From: an uncultured Candidatus Binatia bacterium
GTDB taxonomy: Bacteria > Desulfobacterota > Binatia > UBA9968 > CAXXLF01
NCBI GenBank assembly: GCA_965218425.1
Contig: OZ244621.1
Location: 4,384,001-4,448,000 of the forward strand
DNA: 64,000 nucleotides
Direction: 5' to 3'
A program made the translations under genes and the position numbers. Of this stretch, positions 51,007 to 62,007 are shown in pieces. Each line of letters starts with the position of its first letter. Within the stretch, counting starts at the first letter, position 1. The notes under the pieces are model-generated. The model did not search any database. It worked only from the letters and a program-made list of their open reading frames with translations, and had not been told where the DNA came from.

Positions 51007-51335
51007 TTGAATACTTTCAAGATTTCGACATTTGATGATCCGAATCTGAACCGAAAACTTGCCAGCACGACAACCATCGCCAGGGCCAAGCTTTCGGATA
51101 CTCTGTTCGGCTATATCAGGCGATCGCCGGCGTGGATTATCGGGTCAGTGAGCCGTTCACCATCGGGCTCAAGTTGCGCTGGACGGATTTCGGTGAATTC
51201 GAGGATGGGAAAGAGTGGGATCAGCTTCGCAGTCACGAATCCACCAATAACCGAGGCGATCGGGTCCGATACAAAGTGACCACGGATGACATTCAATTCT
51301 GGGGTGTCAGCCTCAACATGAAGTATCAGTTCTGA
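51007..51335 (+). pseudogene. Outer-membrane beta-barrel (opacity-like) C-terminal fragment
   Basis: Amphipathic strands ending MKYQF; frameshift near 51115; no N-terminus. Confidence 0.55.
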
Positions 51336-51520
51336 TCGGTCACTATGGAAAGGGTATGCCCGGTATAAGGAGAAAGCCGAAGAAGAACCGATCGAGGTCA
51401 CGTAAGTCCCCCCTACCCGTCTCCAGAGGAGTTAAAAGTGATTTAAAAGACTGCTTACCCTAAGCTGGAGCGAATGTTCAGTTCTGCCTGCAAACCGGGC
51501 CACCAGTGCCGTTGCTCAAT

Positions 51521-51701
51521 CTACTCATTTTCACTAATCTTGGATAGTACGATATCCCCCTCCTGGACGGCATAATCTTTTCCCGGATACCTGTGCTCGA
51601 AGTTTACCGGCGTTCTTCCGCCCACCGGCGCCAAGATCCATAAGGATATTAAAAAGGGTAGATTTTCCTGATCCCCTGAAACCGACGATACCGACTCTCA
51701 T
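51521..51701 (-). pseudogene. YchF-like ATPase remnant with large internal deletion
   Basis: MRVGIVGFRGSGKSTLFN joined almost directly to AGKLR..GKDYAVQEGDIV. Confidence 0.65.
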
Positions 51702-51980
51702 CTCAATCTCAATGAGTTAACCCTATAAACTGAACAGTCCTGTCCCGTCCATTAACCAAAGCGGCTGAACCAAGGCCTGGCTCAAGCCGCGGGTTGGATA
51801 CGCACTGTCGGCATGGGTCTTGTTGAACAAGCAACTCAACGCCGATTTGGCTAAAGGGGGTCTCGCACCATAATATTATTATACGACTTACGGATGAGAA
51901 TGGCATGTCTTTACCTGGCAACAGGGAAACTTTTGAGATATAAAACGGTTAACTCGGCTCCCATAAAAAAAGGAGGCATC

Positions 51981-52193
51981 ATGAAGATTACGGTTGATCA
52001 AGGTATTTGCGACGGACATGGAAAGTGCGTGGAGGTGGCTCCCAAAGTATTTAAGATGAACGAAAGAATGTGCTCCGAGGTAGCGGATCCCAAAGGGGAT
52101 ACCGACGAGAAAATCGTGTTTGCTGCCAAGCTCTGCCCAGTCAAAGCCATTTTTCTGGAGGAGGAAGGGACAGGAAAAAGGATTTTTCCGTAA
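51981..52193 (+). CDS. Ferredoxin, single 3Fe-4S/4Fe-4S cluster type
   Basis: CDGHGKC..AP..CPVKAI; SD AGGAGG. Confidence 0.88.
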   Translation: MKITVDQGICDGHGKCVEVAPKVFKMNERMCSEVADPKGDTDEKIVFAAKLCPVKAIFLEEEGTGKRIFP

Positions 52194-52207
52194 CCCTGGA
52201 GTGCCAG

Positions 52208-53320
52208 ATGACCTCAGCCCGGTATGTGATCATCGGGGCTGGATTTGCTGGAGCGGCAACCGCCTATCACCTTGCGCGCAGCGGCATACGCGAAATCGTA
52301 GTGGTGGAGCAGGAACGGGTGGCTGGAGTCCATGCCTCCGGACGCAACGCCTCCATGATTCGTCAGATCATTTCCGAGCCTTCCACGGCTTCCCTGGCCT
52401 ACGAAGGAGCAGCCTTTTTACGTAGCATTCCCGCCCACTGGCAAGTCCCCGTTTCATTCGAGCAAAACGGATCCCTCCTTCTTGGCGGGGGAGAAACTTG
52501 GAAAGCTCTGAGCCAAGACGCTGAGGTGGCCAGACAAAGGGGTATTGAGGCGGAATTGTGGACGCCACAGAAGGCAAAGGAATACGTGCCAGTTCTTAAA
52601 GAAGTAAATCTAGACGGGGCGGTTTGGTGTCCCTCAGACGGAGTGGTTGATATTCACGCCCTGCTTACAGGCTACATCAAAGAAGCCATGTCCCTGGGGG
52701 CCGAATTTCGTTACGGCAGCCCCATCCGTGAAATCACCGTCAAGGACCAATGTGTGACGGGCATTGTAGTGGGAAACCAACGGATCGAAACCGAAAACGT
52801 GGTCAACGCCGCCGGGGCCTGGGCCGGTGTGATCGCGCAAATGGCAGGGGCGGCCAAGGTACCTCTGCGTCCCCTGCGTCGGCATCTATTCGTGACCCCT
52901 CCTCTCTCTTGGGTCGACCCCCGCTGGCCTTTTGTTTGGGACGTATCCCATGACTTCTACTTTAGACCCGACTCCGGCGGCCTGCTCCTTTGCCCATGCG
53001 ACCAGGATGAGATGGAACCGGGCATCCCCCCCATCGATGAATCCAAGATGGAGTCGTTGGCTGACAAGGTCAGGCAGCATTACCCGGACCTTTCCGATGT
53101 GCCCATCAAGACGTTCTGGGCCGGGCTTAGAACCTTTACGCCGGACGGCCGGTTCGTGGTGGGTTGGGATCACAAGTGCAAAGGCTTCTTCTGGTTGGCA
53201 GGCCTAGGAGGCCATGGCGTCACTACCAGTGCCGCCGTTGGCGCCCTTGCCGCCAAGCTGATACTCAATGAAGGTGGAGAAAGGGCAAAGGAGCTGGACC
53301 CTAATAGGTTCCAGGCGTAA
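52208..53320 (+). CDS. FAD-dependent oxidoreductase (DAO/sarcosine oxidase-like)
   Basis: IIGAGFAG, ASGRNA, NAAGAW, WAGLR..TPDG, GGHG motifs. Confidence 0.88.
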   Translation: MTSARYVIIGAGFAGAATAYHLARSGIREIVVVEQERVAGVHASGRNASMIRQIISEPSTASLAYEGAAFLRSIPAHWQVPVSFEQNGSLLLGGGETWKALSQDAEVARQRGIEAELWTPQKAKEYVPVLKEVNLDGAVWCPSDGVVDIHALLTGYIKEAMSLGAEFRYGSPIREITVKDQCVTGIVVGNQRIETENVVNAAGAWAGVIAQMAGAAKVPLRPLRRHLFVTPPLSWVDPRWPFVWDVSHDFYFRPDSGGLLLCPCDQDEMEPGIPPIDESKMESLADKVRQHYPDLSDVPIKTFWAGLRTFTPDGRFVVGWDHKCKGFFWLAGLGGHGVTTSAAVGALAAKLILNEGGERAKELDPNRFQA

Positions 53321-53354
53321 TCAAGCTATTTGCTTGATCAAATCAGTCTTCTAA

Positions 53355-54584
53355 CTAGGACTGAAATATCACGCTGGCATAACTGCAAACAGAGCCGGAG
53401 CCATCCATCTCACCATGGCTGTGGGATAAAATCTGTCCCTTTTGCACGCCAATGGCCTTGAGGAGAATATAGATGGGAGACAGGCCACAGATACGCCTCT
53501 TGTCCTTTTCCCGGCTAATATATTTCAAGAAACCCTCCCCATCGACTTTCTCCGTATAGGCCAGCATCTCCAGGTCGGCTTGTTTTATTTTTTCCAACAT
53601 TTCTCCTTCAATCCCCTCACGGTCTCCGTAACGAGGCCCCACGTGGGCCAGGTCAGCACTGGCAATCAAACAAACACGCCGGCCCTCTCTGCCCATGGCG
53701 AGTTTGAGGGCTTCTGCAAACCGTTGGATCCTATGCGCCGTCTCCCCCTGAGTTACCATCCAATGGGCGAAGGAGCAGAGGATCGGAACGATCGGAACAT
53801 TGCTCCCAAACAGCATTTGCAGAAACAAGACTTGGAACTCGATGGTATGCTCAGTACGGTGAGCGAACTCATCCACAAAGAGGTCATGGGGATAGAGGGC
53901 GGTAAGAGTCTCCACGAACTCGGAATCCACGGGAAGTGTTCCCAAGGGAGTGCCAAAGGGTTTTCGAGTTAGAGAAAAATGATTCTTGAGACCGTTGTGC
54001 CCCGTACCCAAGATCACCGCGATGTCTGGTCTCTGAGTTTCCGCCAGTTCTTTGTATGCCCAGGCATAGGTATGCCCGCCAAGCCTCAGGTCAATATGGG
54101 GAACAATCATACCCTGGATGTCCCGTTTACTCCCCGCTTTATTGGGGGAACCTGGACCCTTTGGCTCGGCGAAGAACTTGGATAACGCTTCTTTAAGTGC
54201 AACCGCATCCTTCGGGTAGCCTTGCCCCGCATGAAACGCTTCACGCACATCCGCCCGCTGAAAGGATTCCACCAGGCTGCCGAAGTGGGATTGGTAGGTT
54301 TCGTTGAGCAGGAAGAAGGACTGATCCAACATCTGCACCACCTGTGCCAGGTGACCCCGGGGGAATTCCTGATTCACTCTTTGTTTAAACTCGGCGCAGG
54401 CCTCTTCCAGGGTATGATTCCCATCAAAGAATTGAAGCATGAAAGCAACTTCAAGGGGAAGACAGAGCACATGGGGGCTAATTTGCTGGGGGTCCCTGAG
54501 GCCAAACAGGGGCCTTCCATCTTTTTTTGGCAAAGGAAACACATCGAGATATCTGAGACGTGGACGAAGGTCATTTTCAGCCAT
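53355..54584 (-). CDS. amrB: AmmeMemoRadiSam system protein B (Memo-like)
   Basis: IVPHID, EHTIEFQ, SADLAHVG, ICG motifs. Confidence 0.8.
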   Translation of the reverse strand: MAENDLRPRLRYLDVFPLPKKDGRPLFGLRDPQQISPHVLCLPLEVAFMLQFFDGNHTLEEACAEFKQRVNQEFPRGHLAQVVQMLDQSFFLLNETYQSHFGSLVESFQRADVREAFHAGQGYPKDAVALKEALSKFFAEPKGPGSPNKAGSKRDIQGMIVPHIDLRLGGHTYAWAYKELAETQRPDIAVILGTGHNGLKNHFSLTRKPFGTPLGTLPVDSEFVETLTALYPHDLFVDEFAHRTEHTIEFQVLFLQMLFGSNVPIVPILCSFAHWMVTQGETAHRIQRFAEALKLAMGREGRRVCLIASADLAHVGPRYGDREGIEGEMLEKIKQADLEMLAYTEKVDGEGFLKYISREKDKRRICGLSPIYILLKAIGVQKGQILSHSHGEMDGSGSVCSYASVIFQS

Positions 54585-54592
54585 ATGCCTTC

Positions 54593-55417
54593 CTACTCCA
54601 ACCTCACGTTTTTCGTATAGTCATAGCTGGTGGAAACGTCGCTCTCGAAGTGGGAATAGACCCTCTCCCGTTCCAAACTGCCCTTGAGGGTCTTGCCCAG
54701 GAAATCCAGGAGTAATCGCCAGGCGTCCTGGGCGGCCTCCTTGCGGTATCTACCCGGCATGGTGTCGTTCAGCCACCCATGGGGGGCATCTCGGTAAAGA
54801 CGGATGTGATAGGTTTTTTTAAACTGTTCCAACAGGCCGCGGAAGCGAAGCACGTCGTCAATTGAAATAATATGATCTGCCTCGCCAAAGATTCCCAACA
54901 ATGGACAGGATAGCCGTTCCACTAGACTGCTAATGCTTTCGGGTCGGTGCTCGTTGGTTTGCCATTCTCTGCGTCCCACCGCCCCATAAACCACCACGCA
55001 CCCGGAGATATCCAACCGATGGGCCGCAAACAACAACGAGGAGCGTCCCGTTTGACAAACCCCCACCACACTGATTCTCGAAGCGTCCACCGCCTGAAGT
55101 TTCTTTAAATAATCCACCGATTCGCTCAGGTCATCCATGACCTCATCGTCCCGTAGCTCTACCCTCGCATCACCCCGCTCCAAGGCCTTTCGATCACCGG
55201 TGAAACGCGATAGAAGATCCGGGGCAAGTCCTACATATCCCGCTTGAGCCAGTCTGAAGGCCAGGTCCTTAGTATGCTGCTGGACACCATAGCGCTCGTG
55301 AAGAAAGATCACCGCGGGCCTCTTTCCCTTAACTTTAGGCACAGAACGAAAGGCAGGTATCCCGAAACCAATGCGGACCATGGAAGACTGAACCTTTGCT
55401 GTATTCCATCCCGGCAT
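54593..55417 (-). CDS. Dienelactone hydrolase family protein
   Basis: HERYG, GVCQTG nucleophile elbow, GEAD, PHGW. Confidence 0.85.
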   Translation of the reverse strand: MPGWNTAKVQSSMVRIGFGIPAFRSVPKVKGKRPAVIFLHERYGVQQHTKDLAFRLAQAGYVGLAPDLLSRFTGDRKALERGDARVELRDDEVMDDLSESVDYLKKLQAVDASRISVVGVCQTGRSSLLFAAHRLDISGCVVVYGAVGRREWQTNEHRPESISSLVERLSCPLLGIFGEADHIISIDDVLRFRGLLEQFKKTYHIRLYRDAPHGWLNDTMPGRYRKEAAQDAWRLLLDFLGKTLKGSLERERVYSHFESDVSTSYDYTKNVRLE

Positions 55418-55534
55418 ACGAAACGGAAGCGTAATGGATTATAATTTTGGGGTCAAACAAATGTTGCTGAGCGAAAGGGGGGATAGCTCAAAAGCAAAGA
55501 CTTGCAGAACCCAGCAAGAAGTGGACAGTAAAAC

Positions 55535-55592
55535 GAGTATTGAGGGTTAAGTATGTTGGAGAGCCATTTCGGATACTCAGTCCTCAGCACTC
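55535..55592. repeat. 20-bp imperfect hairpin with CTCAG heptamer periodicity
   Basis: GAGTATTGAGGGTTAAGTAT .. ATACTCAGTCCTCAGCACTC. Confidence 0.5.
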
Positions 55593-55803
55593 ATTGTGGA
55601 CTGACAAAAATAATTGGAAATGAGTTGAGCTGGGTTTTTCTGAGCAGATCTGAGTTGAAACCCTTGTTTTTCAGTGGTTTGAACGCTCGCCCGGTCCCGA
55701 ATTCGGAACAAAAGAAATAACTGGAAATCCGGCCTGAAGCTGTGGATAAGTGGCTGTTAAAGGCTGTTTTTCCGGCTATTGGGGGGGAATTTTTCGAAAG
55801 CCG

Positions 55804-56255
55804 CTATTTCTTGTTCCGGGCGGCCTCGTCGATCTTGTCGGCCTCGTCGGCGGCGAACTCCTCGTCGGACACGTTTGGATCGCGCTCGCCGAAACATCCG
55901 ACTAAGCCGTCCGGTTCCGGCAGTGTCATGTCCACATCCTTGAGCGAATCGGGCAGGATGCCTTCGGACGGATCTTGCAGTCCGAACGTATAGAGCAGGG
56001 TCATGAAATCGGCGGGGTCGTGGCCTGGATCGCGCAGCTCGAAGGGGGCCATTGGTAAAGCTGGACGAGCACATGCCAGCTTTTGAGTGTTTTGTTGAGA
56101 AAAGGCACCCAGCTATGATCCCCGCTGACCGTGGCGGCCACGTCGTCCCAGATCACGGTCCTCAGCTCGCCGCCGGGCGTCGGCTCATCAATGGGAGTAT
56201 TATCGCTCCCCCAGCCCCAATCCGGATATTTGATGTGGTGTCGAGCCATCGTCAC
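55804..56255 (-). pseudogene. Hypothetical protein, probably frameshifted
   Basis: Two overlapping minus-strand ORFs (56001-56255, 55804-56052) with protein-like acidic sequence. Confidence 0.3.
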
Positions 56256-56396
56256 GGATTGTACTTAAAAAGCACGCCGATAATCAAGGCCAGCACTCAT
56301 CACTCCTTGCTCTGTTTGGTGCAAGCCCCCTTCGTCCTCGGACAATTAGCCACAGCAATAACCTCAGGTGGGCTGAAGGCACTCCCTGAGTAAAAT

Positions 56397-56612
56397 ATGG
56401 ACGGAGCAAGAGCCTTTCGAGGCCAGGGGGCTTTTCTCAACAGAGAAAGGATTCAAATGACGAAGGAAGGAAACATAGGAAAAGCCCTCCTGGCCACGGG
56501 TTTTCCCTACAACCGAAGGCAAAAGGTGGATTCTTTATCTGGTCTGATCCACGATTCGATGCTACAAATCATGCAAAAGAACAGGCATGTTGACTCACCC
56601 CAGGGGGATTGA
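56397..56612 (+). pseudogene. Inositol monophosphatase (SuhB-like) internal fragment
   Basis: RGQGAFLN and LLATGFPY motifs only. Confidence 0.6.
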
Positions 56613-56626
56613 TAAAAGACTCTCGG

Positions 56627-56698
56627 GCGCCCGTAGTGAAAAGGATATCACGAGGGTCTCCGGAACCCTAAGTCCGAGTTCGACTCTCGGCGGGCGCA
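56627..56698 (+). tRNA. tRNA-Arg (anticodon CCG)
   Basis: Acceptor GCGCCCG/CGGGCGC; anticodon arm AGGGT-CTCCGGA-ACCCT; T arm CCGAG-TTCGACT-CTCGG; CCA not encoded. Confidence 0.95.
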
Positions 56699-56789
56699 AA
56701 TACCCTACATTACAGGGGAAACTACCAAATTTTTATACCCAAAAATGGTCGTTGTGACCATTTTGTAGCCGAGAGTCGGAAAATCCCCG

Positions 56790-58691
56790 GTGGCTCAGCT
56801 GACCTGCCCCCAGGAGTGGTACCACCCTTTAAGTTAGAGCCGGAATTATCTGGAGTCCAGCCCATGGGGATGAATTCCCAGCCTGCGCTCTGGGCAGAAA
56901 GGCCTCCGGTGCCGGAGAACGATAGCCCAGGGCGCTGTGAGGCCGCCGCTGGTTATACTCTCTTCTCCATCTTTCGATCAGCACCTGAGCTTCCCTCAGG
57001 GTTTCAAACACCTCCCGGTTGAGCAGCTCATCCCTGAGTTTTCCGTTAAAACTCTCCACGTAGCCATTCTCCCAAGGACTGCCAGGCTCGATGTAGAGTG
57101 TCCTGACACCAATGGCCTTGAGCCAGTCCCGGATAGCCTGAGCCGTAAACTCGGGGCCATTGTCGGACCGAAGGGACTGCGGCACGCCCCGTTCCACGAA
57201 TAGCTCCGCTAACCGTTCCAGCACATCCCGGTGATTCATCCGTCTGGCCACATCAATCGCCAAGCACTCCCGGGTGTATTCATCCAGGATGCTCAACAGC
57301 CGAAAGGCCCGACCGTCTTCGGTTCGCTCGTGCACGAAGTCATAACTCCACACATGGTTTCGATGCGCCGGTCTCAGGCGAATGCAGGAGCCATCAGTCA
57401 ACCGGAGCCTCCCTCGCTTAGGCTGACGGCTGAGGACTTTCAGCCCTTCCTGCCTCCAGAGCCTCTCCACTCGCTTGTGGTTGACCTTCCACCCCTCCCC
57501 ACGCAGCATGGCCGTAATCCTCCGGTAGCCGTATCGCCCGTATTCGCTGGCCAGCTCCATCATCCGAGCCACTAGTCTTGCTTCCTCTTCCGGGATCTCT
57601 CGGACTCTTCGTTGCGTCGATCGCGGCTGTCCCAACACTTGGCAAGCCCGGCGTTCGGAGACTCGATCAGGTCCCAATCTTTCTCTGGCCCATATCACCG
57701 CTCGTCTCCTCTTCGCCGGGCCTAGAAGTTTCCCGAGGACACTTCCTTCAGGATCTGGTTGTCCAGCGATAGATCCGCCACCAGCTTCTTCAACCGCGCA
57801 TTCTCCTTGTCCAAGGCCTTGAGCCTCTTGGCCTGATCCATCTTCAGGCCTCCATATTCCTTCCTCCACCGGTAGTAGGTCTGCACGGTTACCCCCACCT
57901 GCTTGCACACCTAGCCCACCGCCTTCCCTTGGGCCAAGCTCACCTCCGCCTCACGCAGCTTGAGGATAATCTGCTCGGCCGTAAATCGCTTTCTTGCCAT
58001 CCTTGCCTCCTTCCTAAAATCAAAATCCCTAACATTTCACCTGGACTCGTTTTAGGGGGCAAGGTCACAGCAGCGTGTAGACATTCAGCTTCACACGTTC
58101 CGCTCTCCCAGGTTCGAGAGCGTAGTTGAAGAAGCTATCAATTTCTTCAACAAGACGCCACTTCATTCACTACCACCAGCAGATAGATTCACCAGCGGTG
58201 GTGTTTATGCGCTGTATTATTCCGGTAACTTTAGGCTCTACAGTCACATTGCTGCGTCGAATCGCCGGCAAAAAAGCCCACAACCAATTTACGTTGGGAA
58301 AGCAGTCCCGCCAGGATGGAGAACCGCTAGGGCGGCAAACGCAACCGAAGCGTCCACATTATTTGGACGGTTACGTGAACATGCTCGCAACATTGATCAG
58401 GCGAATAATCTGGATGCCTCGGATTTTTACACCAGGTTCATGGTCCTAAAAGGACTTGAGAGCGACCTAGTTATACCGGTAGAAGCCGAATTAATCCGGC
58501 GATACAAGCCGCTTTGGAACACCTTCGTAGATGGTTTTGGGAATCACGACCCAGGTCAGGGACGATATAATCAGGCTCGCTCTGAATGGGATGTGTTACA
58601 TGCCGGCCGGCCTTGGGCAGATCGACTTACCGGGTCTTCCCCGCAGATGAAAGACATAGTTAAAAAAATAACACAGTCCAAAAAGACTTAA
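56790..58691 (+). pseudogene. Eco29kI-family GIY-YIG restriction endonuclease interrupted after codon 3 by an IS (body 58068-58691)
   Basis: GVYALYY, PIYVGKA, RLREH, EAELI, PLWN..DGFGNHDPG, WDVLH; removing the IS and one CAGC restores GTG GCT CAG CAG CGT GTA. Confidence 0.88.
56800..58067 (-). mobile_element. IS3 family element, copy 1 (1268 bp), OrfA nonsense mutation
   Basis: IRs TGACCTGCCCCC / GGGGGCAAGGTCA; target duplication CAGC; CAG>TAG at 57911-57913. Confidence 0.95.
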
Positions 58692-60049
58692 CGCTTTTCT
58701 AGCTCTACAACGGCTTCATAGAGCTGGGCGGACTTCTTCGCTCGCTCGACCCGAACCTCTGATTGAATAATGCTATTACCAACGCGAGTAGCACGAGGGA
58801 TATGTATATCTACCAGCTTCAGGCCTGCTGATTGGGCTATTTCGCCAAGGTACTGATCAGTCGGAATCATTACCCCTTGTAGAATACTGTTGCCAATTAC
58901 AACTAACGCCGTACCTCCCCGTTTGAGGACGTACTTGGCTTGCTTGGAAAACCGAAGGCAATCGTTAAAGTAAGAAGCAGCATAGTTAGCCCACCCGCTA
59001 CCGCCATACACGCCCTTTTCTGCATGTAATTGACGAAGTTTCTTTAGGTGTTCACGTATCGCGGAGCCTTGGATCTTAGACTCCAAGTTAACGCATTCGA
59101 GGTCTCGAACTGTTTGCCAAAACTTCCCAAAGTTTGCTTCTTCCAGCGGTCTCATATCATCCGGACACTTGGCAAGCCCGAGCCAATAAAGATGAGGCCG
59201 GGTGTTGCGGTTGTAGTGATAATTGTTGAGATACGGCGGCGAGGTAATCAGTAAATCAACGCTCCCCGGGGGCACCTTCCCTTTAGACAGGAAAAAGGAT
59301 TTCCTGAATACTTTCCATTTAGGTATCCTTCCGGGTAGCTTGGACTGGACCAGTGTAATGTCTTCCGCCATCTCGAAGAGTTTTTCTAGTATAGACTCAG
59401 AAACAGGAAAGTCTTCTATATTGTCCCGTCCTGCACTCTTTCGCTGACCCAAGCTGGGCTCGTATGAATAATTAGAGTAGCTTACCATCGTTGCGGCAAA
59501 AGCGAGCCGGAACAAGTCACGGACTGAGGCGTCTTCGACACTTGTTATAAAATCTTGAAGGATCAGAACCTTTCGTAGAACCTTTTCGCTGTAAAATGTG
59601 CCTCTGGTATGAAAGCCCGGGGGCGGTGTACTTTTCGGTTGATAGTTCCCATATACGTTTTTTGCATAGAATTCTTTAAACTGTGAGACATGACGAAGTA
59701 AAAGGTCAACATCCAGCCGGAAGGCGCTGAGTTTTGTACGGCAAGCCAAAGCCGCATAGGGGTTGATCTCAAAGCCGATTGCCTGGTGACCTGCCAATAC
59801 CGACTCAACCAAGGAGGTCCCTACCCCTGCGAAGGGGTCTAGAACAACCCCTTTCTTGTGTAAATGACTCTCTAAGGCACCTTTGACGAATTCACTAGAA
59901 AAGCCCGCAATCCACGGAACCCACCTGTGCAAAGGAACGGTTTTGTTGCTTGTAAAAGCCGGATCCTTGAAACCCGTCCCGTTGTTGTTGCGATGTACCT
60001 CCCTCTTAGTAGGGGGGAGATCCAGCAATGAAAGCTGGGTGCCTGACAC
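58688..60049 (-). CDS. Amino-DNA methyltransferase, likely N4-cytosine (SPPY)
   Basis: DPFAGVGT motif I before ITSPPY motif IV; convergent with the endonuclease, stop codons overlap. Confidence 0.88.
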   Translation of the reverse strand: MSGTQLSLLDLPPTKREVHRNNNGTGFKDPAFTSNKTVPLHRWVPWIAGFSSEFVKGALESHLHKKGVVLDPFAGVGTSLVESVLAGHQAIGFEINPYAALACRTKLSAFRLDVDLLLRHVSQFKEFYAKNVYGNYQPKSTPPPGFHTRGTFYSEKVLRKVLILQDFITSVEDASVRDLFRLAFAATMVSYSNYSYEPSLGQRKSAGRDNIEDFPVSESILEKLFEMAEDITLVQSKLPGRIPKWKVFRKSFFLSKGKVPPGSVDLLITSPPYLNNYHYNRNTRPHLYWLGLAKCPDDMRPLEEANFGKFWQTVRDLECVNLESKIQGSAIREHLKKLRQLHAEKGVYGGSGWANYAASYFNDCLRFSKQAKYVLKRGGTALVVIGNSILQGVMIPTDQYLGEIAQSAGLKLVDIHIPRATRVGNSIIQSEVRVERAKKSAQLYEAVVELEKR

Positions 60050-60204
60050 GAGCCGTTATCCTTTCTAGATTTTTTTTACCGGGGTACACTCGGTAGTTGC
60101 TGAGCGGTTATCCAGATGTACCAAGCTCCTCAGCCGCCTGGATGTTTTAGAATCCTGTTTAAATGAGGGTTAAATATAAAGGATTCAACGACTCAAGGTC
60201 AAGG

Positions 60205-61472
60205 TGACCTTGCCCCCTAAAACGAGTCCAGGTGAAATGTTAGGGATTTTGATTTTAGGAAGGAGGCAAGGATGGCAAGAAAGCGATTTACGGCCGAGCA
60301 GATTATCCTCAAGCTGCGTGAGGCGGAGGTGAGCTTGGCCCAAGGGAAGGCGGTGGGCCAGGTGTGCAAGCAGGTGGGGGTAACCGTGCAGACCTACTAC
60401 CGGTGGAGGAAGGAATATGGAGGCCTGAAGATGGATCAGGCCAAGAGGCTCAAGGCCTTGGACAAGGAGAATGCGCGGTTGAAGAAGCTGGTGGCGGATC
60501 TATCGCTGGACAACCAGATCCTGAAGGAAGTGTCCTCGGGAAACTTCTAGGCCCGGCGAAGAGGAGACGAGCGGTGATATGGGCCAGAGAAAGATTGGGA
60601 CCTGATCGAGTCTCCGAACGCCGGGCTTGCCAAGTGTTGGGACAGCCGCGATCGACGCAACGAAGAGTCCGAGAGATCCCGGAAGAGGAAGCAAGACTAG
60701 TGGCTCGGATGATGGAGCTGGCCAGCGAATACGGGCGATACGGCTACCGGAGGATTACGGCCATGCTGCGTGGGGAGGGGTGGAAGGTCAACCACAAGCG
60801 AGTGGAGAGGCTCTGGAGGCAGGAAGGGCTGAAAGTCCTCAGCCGTCAGCCTAAGCGAGGGAGGCTCCGGTTGACTGATGGCTCCTGCATTCGCCTGAGA
60901 CCGGCGCATCGAAACCATGTGTGGAGTTATGACTTCGTGCACGAGCGAACCGAAGACGGTCGGGCCTTTCGGCTGTTGAGCATCCTGGATGAATACACCC
61001 GGGAGTGCTTGGCGATTGATGTGGCCAGACGGATGAATCACCGGGATGTGCTGGAACGGTTAGCGGAGCTATTCGTGGAACGGGGCGTGCCGCAGTCCCT
61101 TCGGTCCGACAATGGCCCCGAGTTTACGGCTCAGGCTATCCGGGACTGGCTCAAGGCCATTGGTGTCAGGACACTCTACATCGAGCCTGGCAGTCCTTGG
61201 GAGAATGGCTACGTGGAGAGTTTTAACGGAAAACTCAGGGATGAGCTGCTCAACCGGGAGGTGTTTGAAACCCTGAGGGAAGCTCAGGTGCTGATCGAAA
61301 GATGGAGAAGAGAGTATAACCAGCGGCGGCCTCACAGCGCCCTGGGCTATCGTTCTCCGGCACCGGAGGCCTTTCTGCCCAGAGCGCAGGCTGGGAATTC
61401 ATCCCCATGGGCTGGACTCCAGATAATTCCGGCTCTAACTTAAAGGGTGGTACCACTCCTGGGGGCAGGTCA
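60205..61472 (+). mobile_element. IS3 family element, copy 2 (1268 bp), apparently intact
   Basis: Same IRs; target duplication AAGG (60201-60204, 61473-61476). Confidence 0.95.
60272..61443 (+). CDS. IS3 transposase OrfAB (-1 frameshift)
   Basis: OrfA 60272-60550; slippery G GGA AAC at 60538-60544; OrfB DDE (WSYDF, SDNGPEF, VESF). Confidence 0.92.
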
Positions 61473-61563
61473 AAGGAGATTTGGCGTTCCGCCTCCAAAT
61501 TTCAGGATTGAAAAAGACGCACTTAAGGATTAAAAGTCACTAACAAACCCAAGAGGTCGAATC

Positions 61564-61758
61564 ATGGCAGAAACAATCTTCTGGTGGACCTTCCTGTTTG
61601 CCTGCATTTTCGCCTTTTTCTTCGGCTACGGGATAGTTGAGAATCTGATCCGTAGGTGGGCTAGTAGAGGGCGATCAAGGAAGCAGAGAAACGCTCCAAG
61701 AATAGCCAACAGTCCGGACCCCAGGGGAAACGGACATGCGGACTCGATGCTTCATTAA
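61564..61758 (+). CDS. Small hypothetical membrane protein
   Basis: One TM helix and basic tail; SD GAGG. Confidence 0.4.
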   Translation: MAETIFWWTFLFACIFAFFFGYGIVENLIRRWASRGRSRKQRNAPRIANSPDPRGNGHADSMLH

Positions 61759-61924
61759 AAGTCCTCATCCGGGCCAAAAGTGATGGCAGATAGTAATAAA
61801 AACAGGACGAAACAACCCTCGGATAATAAACTCTACAATTCATTTCTTTCGTACGCCGAGTTTGCCATATCAACTCTAGGCAAGCAGCACACTCTTGGCT
61901 TTTCGTCGACCATTCCCACACACT

Positions 61925-61951
61925 AAAAGCGCCCTACACGGCGCTTTTTTT
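61925..61951. terminator. Bidirectional intrinsic terminator
   Basis: AAAAGCGCC-CTACAC-GGCGCTTTTTTT between convergent ORFs. Confidence 0.65.
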
Positions 61952-62007
61952 CTGTGCTTAAGGATTGTACTGCGGTCCTACGGCGGGGACGATTTCGCAA
62001 AGGCTTA

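Noticed and set aside
53355..54584. Complete AmmeMemoRadiSam system
   Set aside because: Only the B (Memo) component is present; no AMMECR1 or radical SAM gene in the window
56800..61472. Composite transposon that delivered the R-M system
   Set aside because: Each IS has its own target duplication (CAGC, AAGG) and the endonuclease start lies outside, so the insertions were independent and later
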